Source of the DNA: Comamonas sp. SCN 67-35
GTDB lineage: Bacteria > Pseudomonadota > Gammaproteobacteria > Burkholderiales > Burkholderiaceae_C
Reading direction: 5' to 3'
Length of the DNA stretch: 64,000 nucleotides
NCBI RefSeq assembly: GCF_001725255.1
Contig: NZ_MEFV01000010.1
Location: 5,171-69,170, forward strand
The notes under the pieces: generated by a model
Told to the model about the DNA's origin: nothing
What the model saw: only the letters and a program-made list of their open reading frames with translations
Database searches by the model: none
Shown here: one piece after another, positions 20,072 to 30,324 of the stretch
Layout of the letters: each line of letters starts with the position of its first letter
Numbering within the stretch: the first letter of the stretch is position 1
Position numbers and translations under genes: made by a program

Positions 20072-20907
20072 GGGGATTGCTCCGGTGTGGTCTGGGCGCG
20101 CAGGCGCCATTCGGCCAGGGACTTGAGGGCCAGCGTCACCAGCGCCAGCAGCGCCAGCAGCGACGCCACCGAGAAGGCGGCCGCGAAGTTGTATTCGTTG
20201 TAGAGGATTTCGACGTGCAGCGGCATGGTGTTGGTCAGGCCGCGGATGTGGCCCGAGACGACCGAGACGGCGCCGAATTCGCCCATGGCGCGCGCGTTGC
20301 ACAGCACCACGCCGTAGAACAGGCCCCAGCGGATGTTGGGCAGCGTGACGTGCCAGAACACGCGCCAGCCGCTGGCGCCGAGCACGATCGCGGCCTCTTC
20401 CTCCTCGCTGCCCTGCGACTGCATCAGCGCGATCAGCTCGCGCGCGACGTAGGGGAAGGTGACGAAGACCGTGGCCAGCACGATGCCCGGCACGGCGAAC
20501 AGGATCTGCGCGTCGTGCGCATCGAGCCAGGCGCCGAACCAGCCGTGCGCGCCGAACAGCAGCACATAGGCCAGCCCCGCGATCACCGGCGAGACGGAAA
20601 ACGGCAGGTCGATCAGCGTGGTGAGCACGCCCTTGCCGGGAAACTCGAAGCGCGCGATCGCCCAGGCGGCGCATACGCCCAGCACCACGTTCAGCGGCAC
20701 GGCGATCAGCGTGGCGGTGAGCGTGAGCCGGATGGCGGCGAGCGCGTCGGGCTGGGTGACGGCCGCCCAGCTTGCGGCCCAGCCCCGGGCCAGCGCCTCG
20801 TGGAACACCGCGATGAGCGGCAAAAAGAGAAACAGCGCGAGAAAGCCGAAGACCAGCGCCGTCAGCGCGCGGCGCAGCCAATGGCCCCGGGCATGCGCGG
20901 CGTTCAT
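20068..20907 (-). CDS. cysW: Sulfate ABC permease W
   Basis: [39 protein letters not shown]. Start at ATG 20907. Confidence 0.93.
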
Positions 20908-21767
20908 GCGCCCCCCCGGCCCAGCGCGTGCGCGCGGCTCGCGCCCTGCAGCAGGTTGATCGCCAGCAGCAGCGTGAACGAGATCGCCAGCATCACCACC
21001 GCGATCGCCGTCGCGCCCGCGATGTCGTACTGCTCCAGTTGCGTGACGATGAGCAGCGGCGCGATCTCCGACACCATGGGCAGGTTGCCCGCGATGAAGA
21101 TCACCGAGCCGTATTCGCCGGCCGCGCGCGCGAACGCCAGCGCAAAACCCGTGAGCAGCGCGGGCGCCACGGCAGGCAGCACCACGTGCAAAAACACCTG
21201 CGCGCGCGAGGCGCCCAGGCTGCGCGCGGCTTCCTCGTATTCGGGCGACAGGTCTTCGAGCACCGGCTGCACCGTGCGCACCACGAAGGGCAGCCCGATG
21301 AAGATCAGCGCGACGACGATGCCCGCGGGCGCAAACGCCACCTGCAGACCCAGCGGCGCCAGCCAGCGCCCGACCCAGCCCTGCGGCGTGTACAGCGCGG
21401 TGAGCGCGATGCCCGCCACGGCCGTGGGCAGCGCGAACGGCAGATCGACCAGCGCATCGATGAGCTTCTTGGCCGGAAAGGGGTAGCGCACCAGCACCCA
21501 GGCGGTGAGCCCGCCGAAGGCGAGGTTGACCAGCGCGGCCAGCAGCGCGCTGCCAAACGACAGCTTGAGCGAGGCGATCACGCGGGGCGAGCCGACGGCG
21601 CGCCAAAACGCCTCCCAGCCCGGCGCGGCGGCCGTGAGCGTGACGGCCGACAGCGGCAGCAGCACGATCAGGCACAGCCAGGTGAGCGTGAGCCCCAGCG
21701 TGAGCGTGCGCCCCGGCAGCACGGCGGGCGCGCGGCGTGAAACGAAGGTGAGCGCGGCGGTGGGCAT
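20904..21767 (-). CDS. cysT: Sulfate ABC permease T (CysU/T)
   Basis: [44 protein letters not shown]. Confidence 0.93.
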   Translation of the reverse strand: MPTAALTFVSRRAPAVLPGRTLTLGLTLTWLCLIVLLPLSAVTLTAAAPGWEAFWRAVGSPRVIASLKLSFGSALLAALVNLAFGGLTAWVLVRYPFPAKKLIDALVDLPFALPTAVAGIALTALYTPQGWVGRWLAPLGLQVAFAPAGIVVALIFIGLPFVVRTVQPVLEDLSPEYEEAARSLGASRAQVFLHVVLPAVAPALLTGFALAFARAAGEYGSVIFIAGNLPMVSEIAPLLIVTQLEQYDIAGATAIAVVMLAISFTLLLAINLLQGASRAHALGRGGA

Positions 21768-21775
21768 GGCGTGCG

Positions 21776-22759
21776 TCAGCCCTGCAGGTAAATCTGGTCG
21801 AACACGCCGCCGTCGGTGAAGTGCGTGCGCTGCGCGCTGGCCCAGTCACCCGCCACGTCTTCGAGCGTGAAGGTCTGGAGTGGCGGCAACGTGGTCGCGG
21901 TGGCTTGTGGGGTGCGAAAGAAATGCCGCGCCGCCAGCGCCTGCGCCTCGGGCGCGTAGAGCGCCTGCAGGTAGGCGTGCGCCAGCGCGGCGCTGCCCCG
22001 GCGCTCGGCCACGCGGTCGACCACGGCGACGGGCAGGTGGGCCGCGATGCTCTGGGCGGGCCAGACCACTCCGACGCTGGCCGCGCCGAAGGTCTGCAGC
22101 GCCAGCAGCGCCTCGCTCTCCCAGGTCAGCAGCACGTCGCCCAGGCCGCGCGCGACAAAATTCATCGTGGCCGCGCGCGCGCCCGCATCGAGCACCGGCA
22201 CCTGCCGCAGCAGCGCGCCGACGAAGTCCCGCGCCGCGCGTTCGCTGCCGCCCGAGGCGCGCAGCGCATGGCCCCAGGCGGCAAAGTAGTTCCAGCGCGC
22301 GCCGCCGGAAATCTTGGGGTTGGGGGTGAGCAGCTTCAGGCCCGGCCGCAGCAGGTCGTCCCAGCCGCGCACGCGCGCCGGATTGCCTGGGCGCACGAGG
22401 AACACGATGGTCGAACCGAAGGGGCAGGCCTGCCGTGGCAGCGCCTCGCGCCAGTGGGCGCGGACCAGGCCGCTGCGCGCGAGCACGTCGATGTCGGGCG
22501 GTAGCGCGAGCGCCACCACGTCGGCGCGCAGACCGTCGAGCACCGAGCGCGCCTGCTTGCCCGAGCCGCCGTGCGATGGGTGGATCGTCAGCGCTTCACC
22601 GTGCTCACGTGCCCATCGTCGCGTGAAGTCCGCGTTGAAGGCCGCGAAGAACTCGCGCGTGGCGTCATACGCGGCGTTGAGCAGCGTGCGCTCGCCCGCC
22701 TGCGCGCCCATCAGGGGGGCGAAGGCGAGGGGCAGGGTGAGCCATTGGCGACGCAGCAT
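21776..22759 (-). CDS. sbp: Sulfate/thiosulfate-binding periplasmic protein (divergent)
   Basis: [53 protein letters not shown]. Confidence 0.88.
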   Translation of the reverse strand: MLRRQWLTLPLAFAPLMGAQAGERTLLNAAYDATREFFAAFNADFTRRWAREHGEALTIHPSHGGSGKQARSVLDGLRADVVALALPPDIDVLARSGLVRAHWREALPRQACPFGSTIVFLVRPGNPARVRGWDDLLRPGLKLLTPNPKISGGARWNYFAAWGHALRASGGSERAARDFVGALLRQVPVLDAGARAATMNFVARGLGDVLLTWESEALLALQTFGAASVGVVWPAQSIAAHLPVAVVDRVAERRGSAALAHAYLQALYAPEAQALAARHFFRTPQATATTLPPLQTFTLEDVAGDWASAQRTHFTDGGVFDQIYLQG

Positions 22760-22810
22760 GCACGGGCTTTGCAATTGGAAAGTCCATGAGCTTAGGAAGC
22801 CGCCGCGGCA

Positions 22811-22836
22811 AAACGAACGACTTGTTTGCTAGAACC
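22811..22836 (-). promoter_or_regulatory. Putative CysB/LysR-type operator upstream of sbp-cysTWA
   Basis: GGTTCTAGCAAACAAGTCGTTCGTTT; 16/26 identical to the cysJ upstream motif. Confidence 0.45.
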
Positions 22837-22902
22837 ATATACGCGCCGCGCATTAGACGCGGCGGCTATATGCGTATGCGCGCCGCCCCGCGCGCCTCGG
22901 CG

Positions 22903-23382
22903 TCAGATCGCGCCCTGCGGCCACAGGTAGAGCAGGGCCGTGGTCATGAGCAGATAGCGTGCGAATTTGCCCACGGCCATGTAGGCGACGCAGGGCCAGA
23001 AGGGCAGGCGCAGCCATCCGGCCACGGCGCACAGCGGATCGCCCACGACGGGCAGCCAGGAGAGCAGACAGGCGCGCGGGCCGAAGCGCTTGAGCCAGGC
23101 GAGCACGCGCACCTCGCTGGGCTTGCCGCGCAGGCGATCGATGGCGCGGTGCGTGCCCAGGCCCATCCACCAAGTGATGGCGCCGCCCAGCGTGTTGCCC
23201 AGCGTGGCCACCAGGATGGCGGGCCAGAACAGCCCGGGGTTGAGCTGTACCAGCGCGAACACCGCCGGTTCCGACCCCAGCGGCAGCAGCGTGGCCGAGG
23301 CCAGCGCCACGGCGAAGACCGTCGCCAGGCCGTTGGCGGGCAGCGCGAGCCAGGCGGCGAGGGCGGTCATCCACGGTTCCAT
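22903..23382 (-). CDS. yqaA: YqaA/DedA (SNARE-associated) family membrane protein
   Basis: SATLLPLGSE, ATLGNTLGG, LLSWLPVVGDPLCAVAGWL, GKFARY. Confidence 0.88.
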   Translation of the reverse strand: MEPWMTALAAWLALPANGLATVFAVALASATLLPLGSEPAVFALVQLNPGLFWPAILVATLGNTLGGAITWWMGLGTHRAIDRLRGKPSEVRVLAWLKRFGPRACLLSWLPVVGDPLCAVAGWLRLPFWPCVAYMAVGKFARYLLMTTALLYLWPQGAI

Positions 23383-23482
23383 GGGGCGGCAAGTGTAGGT
23401 GTAGCGGGCGGGACGTTTGCCCAAAAAGCGGGCAACTACAATCGCTGGCTTCGCGGGCCCGCTTGCCTGCCCCCTTTCCCCC

Positions 23483-24535
23483 ATGATTCCGCTGCAACTT
23501 GGCCCCGTCGTTCTTGCCAACCGCGTCTTCGTCGCGCCCATGGCGGGGGTGACGGATCGGCCGTTCCGCCGCCTGTGCCGCGCGCTTGGCGCGGGCCATG
23601 CGGTCAGCGAGATGGTGACCTCGCGCCGCGACCTGTGGGACAGCCTCAAGACCAGCCGCCGCGCCAACCACGAGGGCGAGCCCGGCACCATCGCGGTGCA
23701 GATCGCGGGCACGGACGCCGCCATGATGGCCGAGGCGGCGGCCTATAACATCGACCGCGGCGCGCAGCTCATCGACATCAACATGGGCTGCCCGGCCAAG
23801 AAGGTCTGCAACAAATGGGCCGGTTCGGCGCTGATGCAAAACGAGCCGCTGGCGCTGGAGATCGCCGAGGCCGTGGTCGCGGTCTGCGCCCCGCGCGATG
23901 TGCCCGTCACGCTCAAGATGCGCACAGGCTGGTGCGACGCGCACAGGAACGCCGTGGCGCTGGCGCGCCGGTTCGAGGCCGCGGGCATCCAGATGCTGAC
24001 GGTGCACGGGCGCACGCGCGAGCAGGGTTACCGGGGCGAGGCCGAGTACGACACCATCGCCGCCGTCAAGCGCGCGGTGACGATTCCGGTGGTGGCCAAT
24101 GGCGACATCACCGATGCGCGCAAGGCGTGCGCCGTGCTGCGGGCCACGGGCGCGGACGCGCTGATGATCGGCCGCGCGGCGCAGGGCCGGCCGTGGATCT
24201 TTCGCGAGGTGCTGCACTTCCTGGAGACCGGCGAGGAACTCGCGCCGCCGCTGGTGGCCGAGGTCAAGCGCCTGCTGCTGGAGCACCTGCTGGAGCACTA
24301 CAGCCTCTACGGCGAATCGACCGGCGTGCGCAGCGCGCGCAAGCACATCGCCTGGTATGTGCGCGGCCTGCCGGGCGGCGACGAACTGCGCCGACGCATC
24401 AACGCGATCGAGCACGGCGACGCGCAATGGCGCGCGGTGCATGATTATTTTTGCGCGCTGGAGCAGCGCATGGAGCGCCTGCCCGGGGCGGATGAGATGG
24501 CCGTGAACGAACGCATCGTGGGAGTGCATGCATGA
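23483..24535 (+). CDS. dusB: tRNA-dihydrouridine synthase B
   Basis: APMAGVTD, DINMGCPAKKV, HGRTR, ANGDI, MIGRAAQGRPW. Confidence 0.95.
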   Translation: MIPLQLGPVVLANRVFVAPMAGVTDRPFRRLCRALGAGHAVSEMVTSRRDLWDSLKTSRRANHEGEPGTIAVQIAGTDAAMMAEAAAYNIDRGAQLIDINMGCPAKKVCNKWAGSALMQNEPLALEIAEAVVAVCAPRDVPVTLKMRTGWCDAHRNAVALARRFEAAGIQMLTVHGRTREQGYRGEAEYDTIAAVKRAVTIPVVANGDITDARKACAVLRATGADALMIGRAAQGRPWIFREVLHFLETGEELAPPLVAEVKRLLLEHLLEHYSLYGESTGVRSARKHIAWYVRGLPGGDELRRRINAIEHGDAQWRAVHDYFCALEQRMERLPGADEMAVNERIVGVHA

Positions 24536-24771
24536 GCCCCGCCAACAGCAACATCGAAGCCAGCGTGCGCGACAGCCTGCTGCGCTACTTCGAGGACCTG
24601 GGCGGCGAGGCGCCCGAGGACATGTACGCCATGGTGCTGCGGCTGGTCGAAAAGCCGCTGCTCGAAGTGGTGATGCACCACGCCGGGCACAACCAGTCGC
24701 GCGCCGCCGAATGGCTGGGGCTGAACCGCAACACGCTGCGCAAGAAGCTCGTCGACCATCGCCTGCTGTGA
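24532..24771 (+). CDS. fis: Fis-family DNA-binding protein
   Basis: VEKPLL...NQSRAAEWLGLNRNTLRKKL; classic dusB-fis synteny. Confidence 0.93.
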   Translation: MSPANSNIEASVRDSLLRYFEDLGGEAPEDMYAMVLRLVEKPLLEVVMHHAGHNQSRAAEWLGLNRNTLRKKLVDHRLL

Positions 24772-24787
24772 GTGCGAGCCTGCTGAA

Positions 24788-24841
24788 TTGATAGCTGCTC
24801 GCGCTTGCCAGGAAAGCGTTTGAGCCGTATTTGATTTGAAA
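24788..24841 (+). repeat. REP-like element copy 3
   Basis: TTGATAGCTGCTCGCGCTTGCCAGGAAAGCGTTTGAGCCGTATTTGATTTGAAA; CGCTT-N7-AAGCG core. Confidence 0.8.
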
Positions 24842-24859
24842 CTTCGAGGATAGACAGTG

Positions 24860-26461
24860 ATGAACGCGTTGATTTCCGTTTCGGACAAGAGCGGCATCGT
24901 GGATTTCGCCAAGGCGTTGCATGCGCTGGGCATACGGCTGATTTCCACCGGTGGCACGGCCAAGCTGCTGGCCGCCGAAGGCCTGCCGGTGACCGAGGTG
25001 GCCGAGGTGACGGGCTTTCCGGAAATGCTCGACGGCCGCGTCAAGACCCTGCACCCCAAGGTGCACGCCGGCCTGCTCGCGCGCCGTGAGCTGCCCGAGC
25101 ACATGGCGGCGCTGAAGGACCACGGCATAGACACCATCGACCTGTTGGTGGTCAACCTCTACCCCTTCGAGTCCACCGTGGCCAAGGCGGGTTGCACGCT
25201 CGCGGACGCGATCGAGAACATCGACATCGGCGGCCCGGCCATGGTGCGCAGCGCCGCCAAGAACTGGAAGGACGTGGGCGTGTTGACCGGCGCCGCGCAA
25301 TACCCCGAGGTGCTGGCCGAGCTGAAAGCCCAGGGCAAGCTGTCGGACGCGCTGCGCTTCAGGCTGGCGGTGGCGGCGTTCAACCGCATCGCGCAGTACG
25401 CGGGGGCGATCAGCGACTACCTCTCGTCCGTGGATTTCGAGGCCGACCAGCCCGGCGAAAGCTATGTGCCAAGACGCCAGCTTTTCCCCGGCCAGAGCAA
25501 CGGCATCTTCACCAAGGTGCAGGATCTGCGCTATGGCGAGAACAGCCACCAGCAGGCGGCGCTGTACCGCGATCTGTACCCGGCGCCCGGCGCCATCGTC
25601 ACCGGCGAGCAGCTGCAGGGCAAGGAGCTCTCGTACAACAACATCGCCGACGCCGATGCCGCGTGGGAGTGCGTCAAGAGCTTCAAGCTGCCCGCCTGCG
25701 TCATCGTCAAGCACGCCAACCCCTGCGGCGTGGCCGTGGGCACGAGCGCGCGCGAGGCCTACGCCAAGGCCTTCCAGACCGATCCGACCAGCGCCTTCGG
25801 CGGCATCATCGCGTTCAACCGGCCGGTCGACGGCGCGGCGGCCGAGCAGGTGGCCAAGCAGTTCGTCGAGGTGCTGATGGCGCCCGACTTCACGCCCGAG
25901 GCGCTGACCGTCTTCAAGGCCAAGGCCAATGTGCGCCTGGTGAAGATCGCGCTGCCCGCCGCCGGCGGCGCCAGCGCCTGGAGCCAGGGCCGCAACCTGA
26001 TGGACGCCAAGCGCGTCGGCTCGGGCCTGCTGCTGCAGACCGCCGACAATCACGAGCTGCAGCTCGCCGACCTCAAGGTCGTCACCGCGCGCCAGCCGAC
26101 GCAGGAGCAGCTGCAGGACGTGATGTTCGCCTGGCGCGTGGCCAAGTACGTCAAGAGCAACGCGATCGTCTTTTGCAAGGGCGGCATGACCATGGGCGTG
26201 GGCGCGGGGCAGATGAGCCGGCTCGACTCGGCGCGCATCGCGTCCATCAAGGCCGAGGCTGCGGGCCTCACGCTCAAGGACACGGTGGTCGCGAGCGACG
26301 CCTTCTTCCCCTTCCGCGACGGGCTGGACGTGGTCGTCGATGCGGGCGCCAGCTGCGTCGCGCAGCCTGGCGGCTCGATGCGCGATCAGGAGGTCATCGA
26401 TGCGGCCAACGAGCGCGGCGTCGCCATGGTCTTCACGGGAGTGCGCCATTTCCGCCACTGA
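24860..26461 (+). CDS. purH: Bifunctional AICAR transformylase/IMP cyclohydrolase
   Basis: [48 protein letters not shown], ends RHFRH. Confidence 0.97.
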   Translation: MNALISVSDKSGIVDFAKALHALGIRLISTGGTAKLLAAEGLPVTEVAEVTGFPEMLDGRVKTLHPKVHAGLLARRELPEHMAALKDHGIDTIDLLVVNLYPFESTVAKAGCTLADAIENIDIGGPAMVRSAAKNWKDVGVLTGAAQYPEVLAELKAQGKLSDALRFRLAVAAFNRIAQYAGAISDYLSSVDFEADQPGESYVPRRQLFPGQSNGIFTKVQDLRYGENSHQQAALYRDLYPAPGAIVTGEQLQGKELSYNNIADADAAWECVKSFKLPACVIVKHANPCGVAVGTSAREAYAKAFQTDPTSAFGGIIAFNRPVDGAAAEQVAKQFVEVLMAPDFTPEALTVFKAKANVRLVKIALPAAGGASAWSQGRNLMDAKRVGSGLLLQTADNHELQLADLKVVTARQPTQEQLQDVMFAWRVAKYVKSNAIVFCKGGMTMGVGAGQMSRLDSARIASIKAEAAGLTLKDTVVASDAFFPFRDGLDVVVDAGASCVAQPGGSMRDQEVIDAANERGVAMVFTGVRHFRH

Positions 26462-26465
26462 CACC

Positions 26466-27380
26466 CTGCCTGCCGCCGCCGGGGCGCGGCAGGTCATCTC
26501 GGTCAACCACCTGCTGCTGGGCCTGCTGGTCGTTGCGATCTGGGGCAGCAACTTCGTCGTCATCAAGGTGGCGCTGGCGTCGTTTCCGCCGCTCCTGATG
26601 GCGGCGCTGCGCTTTGCCAGCGCCACCGTGCCGGCCATCTTTTTCTTCAAGCGCCCACAGGTGCCCTGGCGCAACCTGGCGGGCTATGGTTTGTTGATCG
26701 GCGGGGGGCAGTTCAGCCTGCTGTATCTGGCAATGCAGTCGCAGATTTCACCGGGCCTTGCATCGCTCGTGGTGCAGGCGCAGGTGCTCTTCACCGTGGG
26801 CCTTGCCGTCGTGATCGAGGGCGAGCGTGTGCGGCTCTTTCAGCTTGTCGCCGCAGCGCTCGCGATCGCAGGCTTTGCGGTGATCGGTCTGCACACCGAT
26901 GGCACCACGACGTGGCTGGGCATTGTGATGGTGCTGGGCTCGGGCCTGTGCTGGGCGCTCGGGAACCTGGTGGGGCGCCAGGCCGGGCGCGTGAACATGG
27001 TGGCCTACATGGTCTGGACCAGCGCGTTCTCCGTGCCGCCGCTGGTCGTGCTGGCGCTGCTCGCCGAAGGTGGGCCGGCGGTGCTCTGGCATGCGATCAG
27101 CGTCGCGCCACCGCTGGCCTGGGGTGCGATCCTCTGGCAGTCGATGGCCAACACCATCCTCGGCTATGGCCTCTGGGCCTGGCTGCTGGTGCGCTACGAC
27201 GCGGCCACCGTCACGCCGCTGGCGCTGCTGGTGCCGGTCTTCGGCATGGGCAGCTCGGTGGCGCTTCTGGGCGAACCCTTCCCAGTGTGGAAGGGTACGG
27301 CCATGCTGCTCGTGATGGCGGGCCTGAGCCTGAACGTGCTCTGGCCGCGTGTCAGGAAGAAGTTGGTCAAAATGGCCTGA
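26466..27380 (+). CDS. EamA/DMT family transporter
   Basis: Two-repeat DMT pattern (VAIWGSNFVVIK, ALRFA, LLVPVFG). No ATG/GTG/TTG near the expected N-terminus, so CTG 26466 is only a placeholder start. Confidence 0.8.
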   Translation: MPAAAGARQVISVNHLLLGLLVVAIWGSNFVVIKVALASFPPLLMAALRFASATVPAIFFFKRPQVPWRNLAGYGLLIGGGQFSLLYLAMQSQISPGLASLVVQAQVLFTVGLAVVIEGERVRLFQLVAAALAIAGFAVIGLHTDGTTTWLGIVMVLGSGLCWALGNLVGRQAGRVNMVAYMVWTSAFSVPPLVVLALLAEGGPAVLWHAISVAPPLAWGAILWQSMANTILGYGLWAWLLVRYDAATVTPLALLVPVFGMGSSVALLGEPFPVWKGTAMLLVMAGLSLNVLWPRVRKKLVKMA

Positions 27381-27413
27381 AACGCTTGCTGGGCTAGCGC
27401 TGTCAGCCATCAA
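27361..27413 (-). repeat. REP-like element copy 4, spanning the convergent EamA and hemL stop codons
   Basis: Minus strand TTGATGGCTGACAGCGCTAGCCCAGCAAGCGTTTCAGGCCATTTTGACCAACT. Confidence 0.75.
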
Positions 27414-28720
27414 TTGCGTAGCGTTTTGAACACCTCGCGGGCGGCCGCCACGGTTTCTTCGATATCGGCCGCGCTGTGCGCGCCGCTGACGAAACCCGCT
27501 TCGTACAGCGCCGGGGCGGTATAGATGCCGCGGTCGAGCAGGCCGTGAAAGAAGCGGTTGAAGCGCGCGCCATCGCTCTGGAGCACCTCGGGGTAGTTGC
27601 GCGGCAGCTCGGGCAGCAGGAAGTAGCCCATCATGCCGCCCTCGCTGTCTCCGCAAAAATCCACGCCTTCGGCCTGCGCCGCCTGGCTCAATCCTTCGAT
27701 CAGCGAGCGCGTGCGCGCGCCGAGCCGGTCATGAAAGCCCGGCTGGCCCACCTCGCGCAGCGTGGCGAGCCCGCAGGCCGTGGCCACCGGGTTGCCCGAT
27801 AGCGTGCCTGCCTGGTACACCGGCCCCAGCGGCGCGAGCTGCTCCATCACGTCGCGCCGCCCGCCGAAGGCCGCCAGCGGCATGCCGCCGCCCACCACCT
27901 TGCCCAGCATCGTGAGGTCGGGCGCGAAGCCGGGAAGTGCCTGGGCGTACAGGCTCTGCGCGCCGCCCAGCGCCACGCGAAAGCCCGTCATCACCTCGTC
28001 GATGATGAGCAGCGCGCCGTGGCGCGTGCACAGCTCGCGCGCCGCGCGCATGAAGGGCACGCTCGCGCGCACGAAGTTCATGTTCCCTGCAATCGGCTCC
28101 ATGATCACGCAGGCAATCTTTTCGCCGTGCAGCGCGAAGGCCTCTTCGAGCTGCGTCACGTCGTTGTATTCAAGCACCAGCGTGTCCTGCACCACCACCT
28201 CGGGCACGCCCGCGCTCGTGGCGTGGCCGAAGGTCGCGAGGCCCGAGCCGGCCTTGACCAGCAGCGCATCGGCGTGGCCGTGGTAGCAGCCGTTGAACTT
28301 GATGATCTTGCTGCGCCCCGTGGCGCCGCGCGCCAGGCGGATCGCGCTCATCCCGGCCTCGGTGCCCGAGCTCACCAGCCGCAGCATCTCGATCGAGGGC
28401 AGGTGGCGCACGATCTCCTCGGCCAGCTCGCTCTCGCGCTCGGTCGGCGCGCCGAATGACAGGCCACGGTCGATCGCCCGGTGCACGGCTTCGAGCACCG
28501 CAGGGTGCCCGTGGCCGAGGATCATCGGCCCCCAGGAGCCGATGTAGTCGATCAGGCGCCGCCCGTCGGCGTCCCAGACGTGCGCGCCCTGGCCGCGTGT
28601 GATGAAGGGGGGCGTGCCGCCCACGGCCCGGAAGGCCCGCACGGGTGAATTGACACCGCCGGGAATCAAGGCTTTGGCACGGTCGAACAAGGTGGCGTTG
28701 AGGTCGTGGTGATGTGTCAT
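27410..28720 (-). CDS. hemL: Glutamate-1-semialdehyde 2,1-aminomutase
   Basis: [54 protein letters not shown]. Start at ATG 28720. Confidence 0.96.
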   Translation of the reverse strand: MTHHHDLNATLFDRAKALIPGGVNSPVRAFRAVGGTPPFITRGQGAHVWDADGRRLIDYIGSWGPMILGHGHPAVLEAVHRAIDRGLSFGAPTERESELAEEIVRHLPSIEMLRLVSSGTEAGMSAIRLARGATGRSKIIKFNGCYHGHADALLVKAGSGLATFGHATSAGVPEVVVQDTLVLEYNDVTQLEEAFALHGEKIACVIMEPIAGNMNFVRASVPFMRAARELCTRHGALLIIDEVMTGFRVALGGAQSLYAQALPGFAPDLTMLGKVVGGGMPLAAFGGRRDVMEQLAPLGPVYQAGTLSGNPVATACGLATLREVGQPGFHDRLGARTRSLIEGLSQAAQAEGVDFCGDSEGGMMGYFLLPELPRNYPEVLQSDGARFNRFFHGLLDRGIYTAPALYEAGFVSGAHSAADIEETVAAAREVFKTLRN

Positions 28721-28973
28721 GGCCCGCATTTTCGTCGCTGTCGCCGCGCCTGGGCGCAGACGCCGTGCGCAACCCGCGTGGGCCAGGGGCGTTCGTGTAC
28801 GGGTAATCCTGAGGCGCCAAACTGTTGCATTGGTGAAGCGCTTTGGCGTTTGCGCGCTTTGGGTTACGTAGAATCGTTGCATTTCATGGTGAGCATCGAT
28901 AAGCTTGTTCGAACCGGGCCTGCATGCCCTTTTCATGGCAAGGCAAGAACGGAATCCAAAGGAGCGGGACAAA

Positions 28974-29378
28974 TTGGCGACAGCGACTACCGGTCCCACG
29001 ATCAAGGTGCTCGTGGTGGACGACAGCAACACGATCCGGCGCAGCGCCGAGATTTTCCTCAAGCAGGGTGGTCATGAAGTTTTGCTCGCCGACGATGGCT
29101 TCGACGCCCTCTCCAAGGTGAACGACTACCAGCCGCAGCTCATTTTCTGCGACATCCTGATGCCCAAGCTCGATGGCTACCAGACGGTGGCCATCATCAA
29201 GCGCAATCCGCGCTTTTCCGATACCCCCGTCGTCATGCTGTCGTCCAAGGACGGCGTCTTCGACAAGGCCCGGGGGCGCATGGTGGGCTGTCAGGATTAC
29301 CTCACCAAACCCTTTACCAAAGATCAGTTGCTGCAGACCGTGCAGCAATTGGGCCGCGTGCAACCAGGAGCTCAGTGA
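28974..29378 (+). CDS. pilG: Twitching-motility response regulator PilG
   Basis: [40 protein letters not shown] start after a GGAG RBS (ATG 28935 region possible). Confidence 0.92.
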   Translation: MATATTGPTIKVLVVDDSNTIRRSAEIFLKQGGHEVLLADDGFDALSKVNDYQPQLIFCDILMPKLDGYQTVAIIKRNPRFSDTPVVMLSSKDGVFDKARGRMVGCQDYLTKPFTKDQLLQTVQQLGRVQPGAQ

Positions 29379-29743
29379 TGGCTATCAAAAAAGTATTGGT
29401 CGTGGATGATTCCAAGACCGAATTGGTGTTTCTTTCGGACTTGCTGAAAAAGGAGGGCCTGGACGTGAGCACCGCGGAAAACGCCGACGAGGCCTACCGC
29501 CGGCTGGAGGAAAGCATGCCCGACCTGATCCTCATGGATGTGGTCATGCCCGGCAAGAACGGCTTTCAACTCACGCGCGCGCTCACCCACGATCCGAAGT
29601 ACGCGAACATTCCCATCATCATGTGCACCAGCAAGAACCAGGAGACCGACAGGGTCTGGGGCATGCGCCAGGGTGCTCGCGGCTACATCACCAAGCCGGT
29701 CGATGCCGCAGAGCTGCGTGAAAAAATCAGCTCCCTGAACTGA
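29378..29743 (+). CDS. pilH: Twitching-motility response regulator PilH
   Basis: VDDSKT, MDVVMPGKNGFQ, TSKNQETDRVWG. Confidence 0.92.
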   Translation: MAIKKVLVVDDSKTELVFLSDLLKKEGLDVSTAENADEAYRRLEESMPDLILMDVVMPGKNGFQLTRALTHDPKYANIPIIMCTSKNQETDRVWGMRQGARGYITKPVDAAELREKISSLN

Positions 29744-29762
29744 GGCGCGCGCAGCCCCCGTC

Positions 29763-30290
29763 ATGGCAGAACGCGAATCACTGAAAGACGTTCAACTGCG
29801 GCTGCTGGCTCGCCTGCAGGCGGCCAGGACCGAAAGCGTGGCGATGGCCTCCTGGCTGGCTGTCGAATGCGCGTCCCATCGGTTATTGCTGCCACTTTCC
29901 CAGGCCGGCGAGATTTTCGCCTGGTCCGGCACCCAGCCGGTGCCGCATGCGCGGCCATGGTTCCTGGGCGTGGCCAATCTGCGCGGGGTGCTTGCGGGCG
30001 TGGTCGATCTCGCCATGCTGCTGGGCTCGCAACAGACGCGCACGGAACAGGCGCTGTCCGAGTGCTCGCTGGTGACGCTGGGTTCGCTGCTGGACGTCAA
30101 CGCGGCGCTGCTGATCGACCGGTTCGCGGGTTTGCGCGGCAAGCAGGATTTCGTTGCCGATGAAGAGCCGGCGCCTGGCGCGGCGGCCTATCTCGGCGGC
30201 GTCAAGGTCGATGCACACGGAGGGCGCTGGCAGGTTCTTGATCTGCACGTGCTCGCGGGCGATGCGGGGTTTTTGAATATCGGTGCCTGA
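29763..30290 (+). CDS. pilI: CheW-like adaptor PilI
   Basis: VPHARPWFLGVANLRG, VVDL; position in the pilGHIJ cluster. Confidence 0.88.
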   Translation: MAERESLKDVQLRLLARLQAARTESVAMASWLAVECASHRLLLPLSQAGEIFAWSGTQPVPHARPWFLGVANLRGVLAGVVDLAMLLGSQQTRTEQALSECSLVTLGSLLDVNAALLIDRFAGLRGKQDFVADEEPAPGAAAYLGGVKVDAHGGRWQVLDLHVLAGDAGFLNIGA

Positions 30291-30324
30291 CGTGCGGGCG
30301 CAACTGTCGTGATGGGAAAGTACT

